The notes under the pieces: model-generated
Database searches by the model: none
What the model saw: the letters and a program-made list of their open reading frames with translations, nothing else
Told to the model about the DNA's origin: nothing
Program-made: the position numbers and the translations under genes
Part shown: positions 1 through 8,581 of the stretch, in pieces
Layout of the letters: each line of letters opens with the position of its first letter
How positions within the stretch are numbered: the stretch's first letter is position 1
NCBI GenBank assembly: GCA_905479125.1
Contig: CAJQLI010000023.1
Coordinates: forward strand, 1 to 46,982
Direction of reading: 5' to 3'
DNA: 46,982 nucleotides
Source of the DNA: an uncultured Alphaproteobacteria bacterium
Lineage (GTDB): Bacteria > Pseudomonadota > Alphaproteobacteria > MPNO01 > UBA830

Positions 1-335
1 TCGATGTCGAGGATACGGTTGAACTTGCCGAGCCCGAGGGTAATGCCGTCTTCGAGAGGCAGCGCTCCACCCGACAGAGACGTACCGGCACCACGCGGGA
101 CGATCTTGATCCCGCTGCCATGGCAGTATTTGAGAATTTCAGCGACCTGCTGCGTCGTTTCCGGCAGCACCACGATCATCGGGAGCTGGCGATAGGCGGT
201 CAGGCCATCGCATTCATAGGCGCGGAGTTCCTCTTCTTCGGCGATTACACCCTCGCCGGGGACGATCCTGCGCAGCGCAGCGATGATTTCGCCACGCCGG
301 GAGATGACATCGCGATCTGGGTCGGGCATCCGCAT
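1..335 (-). CDS. FAD-linked oxidase, GlcD-like (N-terminal fragment; rest lies outside the window)
   Basis: Not in the ORF track because it runs off the window edge. My minus-strand translation from the ATG at 333-335 is MRMPDPDRDVISRRGEIIAALRRIVPGEGVIAEEEELRAYECDGLTAYRQLPMIVVLPETTQQVAEILKYCHGSGIKIVPRGAGTSLSGGALP. This matches the typical N-terminus and FAD-binding PCMH segment of glycolate oxidase subunit D / D-lactate dehydrogenase type enzymes. Confidence 0.75.
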   Translation of the reverse strand, partial: MRMPDPDRDVISRRGEIIAALRRIVPGEGVIAEEEELRAYECDGLTAYRQLPMIVVLPETTQQVAEILKYCHGSGIKIVPRGAGTSLSGGALPLEDGITLGLGKFNRILDI

Positions 336-380
336 GAAAAAGCTCCGGTTTCTGCAGACTCAGTGTAGCCGAGAGCCCGA

Positions 381-410
381 CAAACGAAAACCGCGCCGGA
401 AAGGCGCGGT
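381..410 (-). terminator. Rho-independent terminator downstream of rpmJ
   Basis: Stem CCGCGCC (391-397) / GGCGCGG (403-409) with a 5-nt loop. On the minus strand it is followed by TTTTCGTTT. Confidence 0.7.
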
Positions 411-444
411 CTGTCAGCCGGAAAGACCGGAATTCAGGCGAATA

Positions 445-570
445 TCAGCCCTGACGTGCCTTGAAACGCGGATTACGCTTATTGATCACGTAGGTGCGGC
501 CCTTGCGGCGGATTACGCGGCAAAAGCGATCACGCTTTTTCGCGGATTTGAGCGAGTTGACGACTTTCAT
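445..570 (-). CDS. rpmJ: 50S ribosomal protein bL36
   Basis: A 41-codon ORF below the track cutoff: [41 protein letters not shown]. It is a full-length match to the bL36 pattern (MKV.SLK....R....[18 protein letters not shown]). Confidence 0.9.
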   Translation of the reverse strand: MKVVNSLKSAKKRDRFCRVIRRKGRTYVINKRNPRFKARQG

Positions 571-658
571 AGTTCTCTTCCTTAAACGCGTAGGCAGAAG
601 TGTTTTCTCGATTGGTCGCGGAACTTAACGATGGCGCTCCGTCCTGTCAACGCAGGTT

Positions 659-1624
659 CTAGGTCACACTCGTCTTCTTGAAGGCGACAATTCGTCTCAT
701 TTCCAGCTCTTTGGCCGCATAGGCCTCGTTCCGGCGTTCCCAGAGATCGGTTTCATGCACAAGTGCCTCGGCGAGATCCGCATCGAGCTCTTTACCGGTT
801 ATCTTTTCTGCCATTTCAACCCAGGCGGCGCAGGCAAGGGCCGTATACTGCTCGGTTTCCTCGTTATTGACGCGGATCTCAAAATTGGATGATTCCAGCT
901 TGTCGATAACCAGGCTCACCTCGCAGGGGAAAATTTCCCCGGGTTCCCCGTCAATGCTTGCACTCGCAAGCGCACCCGGCTCGGCTGCCGTGATGAAGCT
1001 CTCTGTAATCACGATGGGCTTGCCCGGTTTAACAGCCGCCAGCACGATCTCGAGGAAGGCTTCCTTGTCTTCAATGGAGATCAGCGTATCGCGCAGCAGG
1101 CAGCCATCATAGAAATCTGTCTTCAGTTCGAAAGTTGCGGGATTGAAGCCTTTCACGACAGCCTTTTTATCAAGCCCCTTCAGCATGGAGGCTTCAAGCG
1201 CCTGTTTCGCAAGATCGGCGTTCAGGTCAAACCCGTCCACATAAGAGCCGATTCTTTCGGCCACTGCGCAGGCACCGCCACCGGGGCCAGATCCGATTTC
1301 AAGCATCGTATTCTCGGCCGTCAGCCCAAAAGGCTGTGCGAGATCAACAACGCTCTCAGGCGTCGCCGGAGAAATAAAACCGTCTCCCCAAATCAGCTGT
1401 GCCAGTTTCTGGCGCGCCGGCGACCATGCCGGAATATCCTCATCAGCCGCTTTGTCGCCGTCGCCTGCTGCTTCGGCTGAACCGCCGGACTCAGAACCGT
1501 CAACAACAACCGGGCCGAGTTCATACCCTTCCCACCAGGCATGCAGACGCTGCTTCAGCGAGTGTTTCGACCCGCCGGACTGTACTTCCTCTTCTTCGCC
1601 TGATTTTTTCAGGGCTAGCGCCAC
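659..1624 (-). CDS. Class I SAM-dependent methyltransferase
   Basis: 321-aa ORF. SAM motif I is LEIGSGPGGGACAVAERIG, followed by an acidic loop (GFDLN). It has a Glu-rich N-terminal extension. Confidence 0.8.
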   Translation of the reverse strand: MALALKKSGEEEEVQSGGSKHSLKQRLHAWWEGYELGPVVVDGSESGGSAEAAGDGDKAADEDIPAWSPARQKLAQLIWGDGFISPATPESVVDLAQPFGLTAENTMLEIGSGPGGGACAVAERIGSYVDGFDLNADLAKQALEASMLKGLDKKAVVKGFNPATFELKTDFYDGCLLRDTLISIEDKEAFLEIVLAAVKPGKPIVITESFITAAEPGALASASIDGEPGEIFPCEVSLVIDKLESSNFEIRVNNEETEQYTALACAAWVEMAEKITGKELDADLAEALVHETDLWERRNEAYAAKELEMRRIVAFKKTSVT

Positions 1625-1713
1625 GCCATTATCCTTGTCCGCGAGCCAGCAAAGACGGCTCGAACTGCGCTAGCAGACTGACAGTACTTCTTTAAACAAG
1701 AGTTAAAGGTTAC

Positions 1714-2592
1714 CTATCCGTTAACGTAGCGGAAAGCGAAGGAATCCCCGCTCGGGATGATGAAGCCGGCGGTCGGGTTCGGAAAATGCGACGGGATGAT
1801 CGTGACATCTCGATCGGCATAGCGATCAAGGAATGCCTTCCGGGTCACCCGCGCAGCGGATTGGTCCGCACAGGCGACCGTGCTCCAGTCAGGGATATGA
1901 CATTGGATCATGTGATGCATCATATCGCCACACAGAATGGCCTGTTCGCCGCCGGAAGTCACGTTCAGCCCGACCATCCCGGGCGTATGCCCCGGCAGCG
2001 GTTCCAGCGTCAGCCCGTCTTCAATCGCGTGATCCATATCGACGACCAGCTCGCGTTTCGCCTCCAGGATCGGCAGAACGCTGTCAGCAACGTAGTCGCC
2101 GGTGCGCGTCATCTGGTCCTGTTCGGATTGCTGCATCCAGAAGTCGAGCTCTTTTCGCGAGAAGATGTACTTCGCATTCGGAAAGGTGGGGACCCAGCGG
2201 CCATCCTCCAGTTTCGTATTCCAGCCCACATGATCCACATGCATATGGGTACACAGCACAAAATCGATGTCTTCGGGCGTCACCCCGGCTGCACGGAAAT
2301 TATCCATCCACGGGAAGACCTGATCGTTGAACATATCGCGGTTGCGGGGCTTGTGATTGCCGACGCAGGTGTCAACCAGAATGGTGTGGTGCGGCGTGCG
2401 GATCAGAAACGCCTGTATGTTGATGACTACCTTGCCGCTTACCGGATCGAAATGCCGCGGCACCATCCAGTCTTTGTGGCGTTCGATGGCCTGCGGATCC
2501 CAGTCGGGGAAAAATTCCGTCCCCCCCAGCATCGGCATTTCCATCTCGACGATGCGGGTGACGCTGATATCGCCGAAGCTGAAATCGAACAT
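1714..2592 (-). CDS. MBL-fold metallo-hydrolase (lactonase-like)
   Basis: 292-aa ORF with the HxHxDH motif (CTHMHVDHVGW) and later His/Asp ligands (PGHTPG, CGD). It starts 5 nt after the upstream dioxygenase gene, so the two are probably co-transcribed. Confidence 0.85.
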   Translation of the reverse strand: MFDFSFGDISVTRIVEMEMPMLGGTEFFPDWDPQAIERHKDWMVPRHFDPVSGKVVINIQAFLIRTPHHTILVDTCVGNHKPRNRDMFNDQVFPWMDNFRAAGVTPEDIDFVLCTHMHVDHVGWNTKLEDGRWVPTFPNAKYIFSRKELDFWMQQSEQDQMTRTGDYVADSVLPILEAKRELVVDMDHAIEDGLTLEPLPGHTPGMVGLNVTSGGEQAILCGDMMHHMIQCHIPDWSTVACADQSAARVTRKAFLDRYADRDVTIIPSHFPNPTAGFIIPSGDSFAFRYVNG

Positions 2593-2597
2593 GGAAG

Positions 2598-3119
2598 CTA
2601 CTCCGGCCGGCCCGGATTTACATGGCCGCAGGCGTCGCAGACCTGATTTTCGGGGTCTGCATAAAACGCCTCGAAGATCGGCGGCATATCGCGTTCGAGC
2701 ACCTCGATATAGGCATCCTGGCGGAAAATCTGGTGATTACACTTCTCGCAGAACCACGCAAAACCATCCAGCGGGTCGTCTTTCTCGCGCCGGATCTCCG
2801 CGATCATGCCGACTGTGCCAGCGGGGCGCATCGGTGCATGGGGCACATAAGCCGGCAGCAGGAATACGTCACCTTCCTTGACCTCGACATCGCGCGCCTT
2901 GCCGTCCTCCTGGATGCGCAGCACGATATCGCCCTTGATCTGGTAGAAAAATTCCTCGAACGCATCGATATGGTAATCCGTCCGCTTGTTGGGACCACCG
3001 ACGACCGTGATCATCAGTTTCGAATCTTTCCACAGCGTCTCGCCGCCGACCGGCGGTTTCAGCTTATCGCCATTCTCGGAAATCCACTGCTGAATCTGGA
3101 ACGGATTGGAATCGCTCAT
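2598..3119 (-). CDS. nbaC: 3-hydroxyanthranilate 3,4-dioxygenase
   Basis: Cupin core VVGGPNKRTDYHIDAFEEFFYQIKGD...EGDVFLLPAYVPHAP plus a C-terminal rubredoxin-like CEKCNH...CDACGH. It is collinear with bacterial HAO as I remember it. I chose the ATG at 3119 (AAGG upstream) over the TTG at 3134 used by the track. Confidence 0.9.
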   Translation of the reverse strand: MSDSNPFQIQQWISENGDKLKPPVGGETLWKDSKLMITVVGGPNKRTDYHIDAFEEFFYQIKGDIVLRIQEDGKARDVEVKEGDVFLLPAYVPHAPMRPAGTVGMIAEIRREKDDPLDGFAWFCEKCNHQIFRQDAYIEVLERDMPPIFEAFYADPENQVCDACGHVNPGRPE

Positions 3120-3302
3120 TGTACTGCCTTTCAAATATTCGAAGCCTGACCGGAGCCGATTTTGTGGTCAGCGTAGACATTCACCGCGTCTTCGGCAAAC
3201 CCGATCACGGCCACACGCAAGCACCGATTCCGACATCCCTCATACTGGCAATTCTGCGTGAAGCATGGCTAGATCAGGAAAATAGCAGGGAACATGTGAC
3301 GT

Positions 3303-4355
3303 ATGGAATTCGGTCTTAATTTTTTCCCGAGCTGTGCGCCGGAAGAGCGTTCGGCCGAAGATTACTGGGCGGACGCGCTGTATCTGTGCGGATTGATGGA
3401 CGAGCTCGGCTATTCCCATGTCCGCACCGTCGAACATTACTTTCACCCATATGGTGGCTACAGCCCCAACCCGGTCGTATTCCTTGCCGCCGCCGCGCAG
3501 CGCTCAAAGAAGGCCAAAATGATTACCGGCGCGGTGCTGCCGGTCTTCAACAACCCGCTCAAAGTTGCCGGCGAACTTGGCATGCTGGACGCGATTTCGA
3601 ACGGGCGGCTCGAGGCCGGGTTCGCCCGCGCCTTCCTGCCGAACGAGTTCGAAACATTCGGCATCGACATCGAGGAAAGCCGGGACCGCTATGAAGAAGG
3701 CGTCGAACAGATCCGGCTTCTGCTGGAGCAGGAAAACGTATCGTGTGAAGGCAAATTTCACAGCTTCAGCAATGTCACGTCCCTGCCCCGCCCGACCCAA
3801 CAGCCGCGTCCGCCCTTCTGGGTGGCCGCCATGAGCACCAAGGCATCGTTCGAGTTCGCCGGCCGCAACGGCCATTACATCATGGGTATCCCGATGGGAG
3901 GCGGACTCATGGCCGAGCTGATCGGAACCTATCGAGAGGAATGGAAATCAGCCGGCCACCCGGGGGATGGCAAGATCATGCTGTCATTTTCGATGTGCGC
4001 GGATGAAGACGGCGAGGCTGCGCGGAACGCATTCCGCCCGCCGCTGAACGCTTACCTGGAACGCCTGGTGGATGCAGCATCTGGCTGGCTGAACGGCGCC
4101 AGCACCAAGGATTACAAGGGCTACGACAAGATGATCGCCTCGCTGAAGGACGACGATTTCGACAAACAGATGGATCGCGGTATCTGCTGGGCAGGGTCAC
4201 CCGCCGAAGTCACCGACATGATCGCGGATTTCGACCGCCAGATCGGCGGATTCGATATCGCGTCGCTGCATGTCATGCCCCATGTAATGGAAGCATCCGT
4301 CGCGGAACGCTCGATGCGGCTGTTTTCAGAACACGTCATGCCGAAATTCCGGTAA
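3303..4355 (+). CDS. LLM-class (luciferase-like) flavin-dependent oxidoreductase
   Basis: 350-aa ORF. MEFGLNFFP...YSHVRTVEHYF...LDAISNGRLEAGFARAF is the typical LLM TIM-barrel pattern. Confidence 0.85.
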   Translation: MEFGLNFFPSCAPEERSAEDYWADALYLCGLMDELGYSHVRTVEHYFHPYGGYSPNPVVFLAAAAQRSKKAKMITGAVLPVFNNPLKVAGELGMLDAISNGRLEAGFARAFLPNEFETFGIDIEESRDRYEEGVEQIRLLLEQENVSCEGKFHSFSNVTSLPRPTQQPRPPFWVAAMSTKASFEFAGRNGHYIMGIPMGGGLMAELIGTYREEWKSAGHPGDGKIMLSFSMCADEDGEAARNAFRPPLNAYLERLVDAASGWLNGASTKDYKGYDKMIASLKDDDFDKQMDRGICWAGSPAEVTDMIADFDRQIGGFDIASLHVMPHVMEASVAERSMRLFSEHVMPKFR

Positions 4356-4366
4356 CCGACCGTCGG

Positions 4367-5119
4367 TCAGGATGACCCCACAGGGCATTGCGCCGCCCCG
4401 AAGATCGGGCCCTGGCGGTTATCCTGAACCAGCACGGCGCAGCCCTCGCCCTCGGCCAGCGCAAAATTCTTTACCGCAAACGAGGCCGGCTTGCCCGCCC
4501 ATGTGCCGATCTTCTGGACCTCGGTGACGATATTGTGGCTGAGCAGGGCCTTGCCCTTGTTTTCACCGGACCGGACCCGGGTTTCCTTCGCTTTGATAAA
4601 GCGTATCAGCCAGACCGACCCGACCCCCTGCCCGGCGGCATCCAGTTCGACTTGCCGGACCTTGCCGGACGCCATCGTCACATTAATCCCGACGCTGTCA
4701 CGACGGGCGCTTTCGGCTTCACGCATCGCGGACAGCACGGGAATTCGGCGTGAGCCGACGGCTTCCAGCTTTCCGTCGATCGCCATTTGCGGGGTATAGA
4801 CATTCCCCGTGCCGCGGATGCGCTGGTTATAAATGCGCTGGCGCTGGGTATAGGCGGGCTTCGAAAACGGATCTTTCCACTTGCCGTCCCCGCCATGCAC
4901 CAGGTCGTCCCAGTAGTCGACGTGAAATTCGAGCGCGATGACGGATTTCTGTTCGGAAAGGTCACCCAGGAATTTTTCCGCCGGCGGGCATGAATAGCAG
5001 CCCTGCGACGTGAACAACTCAACGACCACAGCGCCATTTCGATCACCGGCAGTGGCAGTGGAGACAGCAGCAATGGCGGACAGTATCAGCGCCAGGGCCG
5101 CGGGGATAAGCATGCGCAT
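4367..5119 (-). CDS. DUF1223 family secreted thioredoxin-like protein
   Basis: Signal peptide MRMLIPAALALILSAIAAVSTATA, then VVELFTSQGCYSCPPAE...EFHVDYWD, the pattern characteristic of DUF1223. Start moved to the ATG at 5119. Confidence 0.75.
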   Translation of the reverse strand: MRMLIPAALALILSAIAAVSTATAGDRNGAVVVELFTSQGCYSCPPAEKFLGDLSEQKSVIALEFHVDYWDDLVHGGDGKWKDPFSKPAYTQRQRIYNQRIRGTGNVYTPQMAIDGKLEAVGSRRIPVLSAMREAESARRDSVGINVTMASGKVRQVELDAAGQGVGSVWLIRFIKAKETRVRSGENKGKALLSHNIVTEVQKIGTWAGKPASFAVKNFALAEGEGCAVLVQDNRQGPIFGAAQCPVGSS

Positions 5120-5217
5120 GTTTTTTATACGCCAAATATAAAAAACCGCCGCGCCCACACCAGTAAACTTCCGGTGAGGCGCGACGGCTGAAACGTGACC
5201 GCCCGTGAGGGCTGGCG

Positions 5218-6081
5218 TTATTTCTCGTTCTTGACCGGGTTCGACAGGATCCCGATTTTTTCAATTTCGATCTCGCAGGTATCGCCGTCCTTAAGGAAGA
5301 TGGCGGGCTTGCGAACGAAACCGACACCGGCAGGCGTGCCCGTGAGGATCATATCGCCGGGCAGCAGTGTAAATACCTTGGCCAGTTCATGAACAAGGGT
5401 CTTGGTGTCGAAGATCATTTCGCGGGTGTTAGAATCCTGCAACACCTTGCCGTTGACGCGGCACTGCATGTTCAAACCCTTTGCACCGGCCGGCAGTTCG
5501 TCGGCGGTGACAAAGTCGGAACCGATCGAGCCGGTCGCATCGAAATTCTTACCCATGGCCCACTGCGAGGACTTCATCTGGTAATCGCGGATGGAGCCTT
5601 CATTGGCGACCGCATAACCGGCCACGTAATTGAGCGCTTCGCTTTTTTTGATGTTGCGGGCCTTCTTGCCGATAACGGCAACCAGCTCGGCTTCGTAGTC
5701 GAAATGCTTCGACAGTTTCGGCCGGATAATAGGCTGACCCTGCGGCACGAAGGACGTGGTGAAGCGGTTGAACACAACTGGATAAGTCGGAATTTTCAGA
5801 CCGGCTTCTGCAGCGTGGTCCTTGTAGTTCAAACCAATGCAGATGATCTTGTTGGGTTCCTGGATAGGCGTCAGGTAGTTGACGCGCCCCTTCACGATTG
5901 CCTTCGCAGGCGCCTTTGCAGCGGCACGGCCGGCTTTCGCCATCGCGCCCTTGCCCTTGGCGAGGAGTTCCTTGAGATCGGTCGGCAGTGTCTTGTCGAC
6001 CTTGGACAGATCGACCAGACCGGCATCAGTCCGGACGCCGAGTTTGGCTTTGCCATCTTTTTTGAAAGCGACGAAACGCAT
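5218..6081 (-). CDS. Fumarylacetoacetate hydrolase (FAH) family protein
   Basis: 287 aa. Contains IICIGLNYKDHAAE, FDYEAELVAVIGK and LLPGDMILTGTPAGVG, which are FAH-fold signatures. Confidence 0.9.
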   Translation of the reverse strand: MRFVAFKKDGKAKLGVRTDAGLVDLSKVDKTLPTDLKELLAKGKGAMAKAGRAAAKAPAKAIVKGRVNYLTPIQEPNKIICIGLNYKDHAAEAGLKIPTYPVVFNRFTTSFVPQGQPIIRPKLSKHFDYEAELVAVIGKKARNIKKSEALNYVAGYAVANEGSIRDYQMKSSQWAMGKNFDATGSIGSDFVTADELPAGAKGLNMQCRVNGKVLQDSNTREMIFDTKTLVHELAKVFTLLPGDMILTGTPAGVGFVRKPAIFLKDGDTCEIEIEKIGILSNPVKNEK

Positions 6082-6397
6082 TTGTATCTCCCTGTTCTGG
6101 ATTGCGTTGAAAAAATCGAGTGAGGCGGACGGCGAAGCACCGCCCAGAAATCAAATCCGCGATGAAACTAACGGATCGCCACACCGGTTCAAGTTGTTTT
6201 GCTCTTTCTGCGAGCAGACTCTGTTTCGTACCATACCAATCTTATCGTCTTCATATGGCCGATTAAGTAATCACACATTTCAGTTCGTCTTGGCGAACGA
6301 ACATTTTCGTGAATGCAAACGCCATCGCGACTCGCCCCGTCTATGGTCTTTGTGACGGGTGGTGTAGAACGATGGAGAGCCAATCGGAAGAAGTGCG

Positions 6398-6898
6398 ATG
6401 ACACGGGAAGACGATCATCCGGGAGACATTCCCTATACAGATCTGTGGGGGCGGCCCGGATTCCTGATCCGGCGTTTGCATCAGCTGCATGTCGCCGTGT
6501 TCCTGGAAGAGTGCGGCGATTTCGACGTTACACCCGTTCAGTACGCGGTGCTCAGCGTGCTCTATCGCGGCAAAGCGCTCGATCAGGTCTCGGTCGCCGC
6601 AGAAGTCGGGATCGACCGGAACAATGCCGCCGACGTCCTGCGCCGGCTTGAACGGCGTGGCTTCGTTGAACGCATCCCGAGCGAAACCGACAGGCGGGCG
6701 ATGCTGAACGCGATCACCGAGGAGGGCTGCAAGTTCGTGGAAGATGCTCATGGTGCCATGGAACGCGCCCAGGACCGTTTTACCGGCAGCCTCGGCAAGC
6801 GCGACCGCGACCGGCTGATGGACCTGTTGCAGAAAGTCATGCTCGACAACAATGATTCCGGCCGCGCCCGGCTGAAGACGCACGACAACGAAGACTGA
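6398..6898 (+). CDS. MarR family transcriptional regulator (MarR-1)
   Basis: 166 aa with a winged-helix core (VTPVQYAVLSVL...DQVSVAAEVGIDRNNAADVLRRLERRGFVER...DRR). The N-terminal half is paralogous to the MarR at 17856. Confidence 0.85.
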   Translation: MTREDDHPGDIPYTDLWGRPGFLIRRLHQLHVAVFLEECGDFDVTPVQYAVLSVLYRGKALDQVSVAAEVGIDRNNAADVLRRLERRGFVERIPSETDRRAMLNAITEEGCKFVEDAHGAMERAQDRFTGSLGKRDRDRLMDLLQKVMLDNNDSGRARLKTHDNED

Positions 6899-6946
6899 GG
6901 GAAACGTGCTGGCCTTCCCGATTGTTGAAATCACGTCATTCCATAT

Positions 6947-7021
6947 GTCACCCCGGCCTTGTGCCAGGGTCCAGTTTTGCGCTGAAACACCTTCTGGGTC
7001 CGGGCACAAGTCCGGAATGAC
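6947..7021. repeat. About 75-bp composite hairpin element (GTCAYCC family, copy 1)
   Basis: GTCACCCCGGCCTTGTGCCAGGGTCC (6947-6972), a 23-nt spacer, then GGGTCCGGGCACAAGTCCGGAATGAC (6996-7021). The two hairpin units are mutually inverted and the termini read GTCA...TGAC. Confidence 0.8.
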
Positions 7022-7037
7022 CGGCTGGATGAATCAG

Positions 7038-7068
7038 AAAAAGTGCGGATCAAAGACCCGCACCTTTT
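7038..7068. terminator. Bidirectional hairpin terminator between MarR-1 and the PreA-like gene
   Basis: AAAAA-GTGCGG(7043-7048)-9 nt loop-CCGCAC(7058-7063)-CTTTT. The A-run and T-run flanks allow termination in both directions. Confidence 0.65.
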
Positions 7069-7099
7069 CAAACTTTCAGACGGCCAAAGCAGCCGCGAT

Positions 7100-8437
7100 C
7101 TACTCGGCGGCAGCTTTCGGCGCGTCGGCTTCGATCGTGTCCATGTTGTTGCGCTTCGTCGCAAACTTGGAATCGGCAGGTTCGTAGATCTCGTCCTTGA
7201 TCTTGAAATACCCGTCGGCGTAATCCGCCTCGCTGGTCGGCACCATCTGGATCGAATCGAACGGACACACGTCCATGCACAGCTCGCAGCCGATGCACTT
7301 GTCGTTATGCACGTTGATCTTGCCAGCAGGGTCCTGGGAGAGCGCTTCGTAGAAGCACATCTGGACACAGACATTGCAGGTCGGATTCTGACAGGTCTCG
7401 CCGTTTACTTCGGCAGTCACCCGGCTCATCGCGAACTGGTCGGAATAATCGGTCGCCGCCGCGTCCGAGGCGATACCGTACATGGACGCGATGTCCTTGT
7501 AGCCGTGTTCATCCATGAAGCGTTCGAGCCCACGGATGATATTAGGCAGCCATTTCATGCCCTTGACCATCAGCACGGAGCCGACTTCGACGATATTGGC
7601 GCCGGTCATGATGAACTCAACGACATCGCGGTGATCGAAAATGCCGTTCGAACCGGCGATCGGAATGCCGACTTCTTTGTAGATGTTATGGACGTAGCGC
7701 AGGCTGAGCGGCTTGGTCCACGTACCACCGATACCGGCAGTACCGCCGAGACGCGGCTTGGCAGTATCGATATCGACCGCAAACGCGGTGTAGCGGTTCG
7801 TCGCGGTCACCGCCGCCGCACCAGCTTCCTTGACCGCCTTGGCGATATCGACGGGCTTCGACTGGTCCGGCGTCAGCTTGACGACAACCGGAATATCAAC
7901 CGCCTCGCAGACCGCCTGGGTAACGCTGAAGGCCACCTCCGGGTCCTGGCCGATCATCGAGCCACCATGCACACCGGGCATAAGCGCCGGATGCGGGCAG
8001 CCGAAATTCAGTTCGACCATCGGCAGGCCGCAATCCTCAATCGTGCGGCAGATATCGATCCAGCCCTGCACGTCCTTTGCCCCGGCGCTGCCGATCAGAT
8101 GGGCATCGCGTTCACGGGCATAGGCACCGATTTCCTTCAGGTAGGGGATCCAGTCCTTATAATAGGTGCTGGAATAACCGGAGCGGCTGTAGAATTTAAA
8201 GTCTCGCGGCACCTTGCCCTTAATGATGTCGCCGCGGTCATTCATGATTGCGTATTTCGAGTTCATGGTGAGAACCGCCATATCGTCGATATCGGTCAAC
8301 GTCTTGATGATCGCGCCCGCCGCACCGTAATCGAATGCCTGTTTCATCAGATCGGGGCTGTTCGTCGTTTCCAGCGATGCAATGACCACCGGGTTTTTGA
8401 ACGGAACGCCGCAGAAATCCAGTTTCATATCGGCCAT
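7100..8437 (-). CDS. DHOD/DHPD-like FMN flavoprotein with C-terminal 4Fe-4S ferredoxin domain (PreA-like)
   Basis: 445 aa. The N-terminal TIM barrel resembles class-1 dihydroorotate / dihydropyrimidine dehydrogenase (ELNFGCPH, VVVKLTPD, TATNR, GGTAGIGG). The C-terminus has CIGCELCMDVCP plus a degenerate CQNPTCNVCVQMC. Confidence 0.8.
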   Translation of the reverse strand: MADMKLDFCGVPFKNPVVIASLETTNSPDLMKQAFDYGAAGAIIKTLTDIDDMAVLTMNSKYAIMNDRGDIIKGKVPRDFKFYSRSGYSSTYYKDWIPYLKEIGAYARERDAHLIGSAGAKDVQGWIDICRTIEDCGLPMVELNFGCPHPALMPGVHGGSMIGQDPEVAFSVTQAVCEAVDIPVVVKLTPDQSKPVDIAKAVKEAGAAAVTATNRYTAFAVDIDTAKPRLGGTAGIGGTWTKPLSLRYVHNIYKEVGIPIAGSNGIFDHRDVVEFIMTGANIVEVGSVLMVKGMKWLPNIIRGLERFMDEHGYKDIASMYGIASDAAATDYSDQFAMSRVTAEVNGETCQNPTCNVCVQMCFYEALSQDPAGKINVHNDKCIGCELCMDVCPFDSIQMVPTSEADYADGYFKIKDEIYEPADSKFATKRNNMDTIEADAPKAAAE

Positions 8438-8540
8438 GTCTTATTCTCCTCTTTATCGGGCTCTCGGTGTCGTAAAGACGGCGCATTCGCCTCCGATGAA
8501 CCTGTATTCTGCCGCCAAACCGCGGCAATTTCCAGCTATA

Positions 8541-8560
8541 ATATGTAGTATACTACGTAT
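8541..8560. promoter_or_regulatory. Palindromic operator candidate ATATGTAGTATACTACGTAT
   Basis: 20-bp palindrome with one mismatched pair. The core GTAGTATACTAC (8545-8556) is perfect. It contains the reverse complement of the 12-mer ACGTAGTATACT found at 12451-12462. It lies in the 144-nt hyuB/PreA-like spacer. Confidence 0.6.
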
Positions 8561-8581
8561 TAAACTCTCTCTTCTTACTCT

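Noticed and set aside
841-851. CCGTATACTGC inside the methyltransferase gene, which resembles the MarR-2 operator core.
   Set aside because: It lies in coding sequence, matches only 8 of 10 positions and has no flanking half-site, so it is most likely chance.
6283-6298. GTTCG-N6-CGAAC small palindrome upstream of MarR-1 as its autoregulatory operator.
   Set aside because: It has only 5-bp arms, occurs once, and is unrelated to the GTATAC-core motifs, so it is too weak to report as a site.
7043-8548. 501-aa plus-strand ORF antisense to the PreA-like gene. The same applies to the long antisense ORFs at 1786-2646, 15290-16375, 16385-17986, 22172-23626, 28355-29590 and 38051-38914.
   Set aside because: These are typical high-GC shadow ORFs. 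Their translations are Arg/Ala/Gly/His-rich with no motifs, whereas the opposite strand in each case encodes a protein with clear family signatures.
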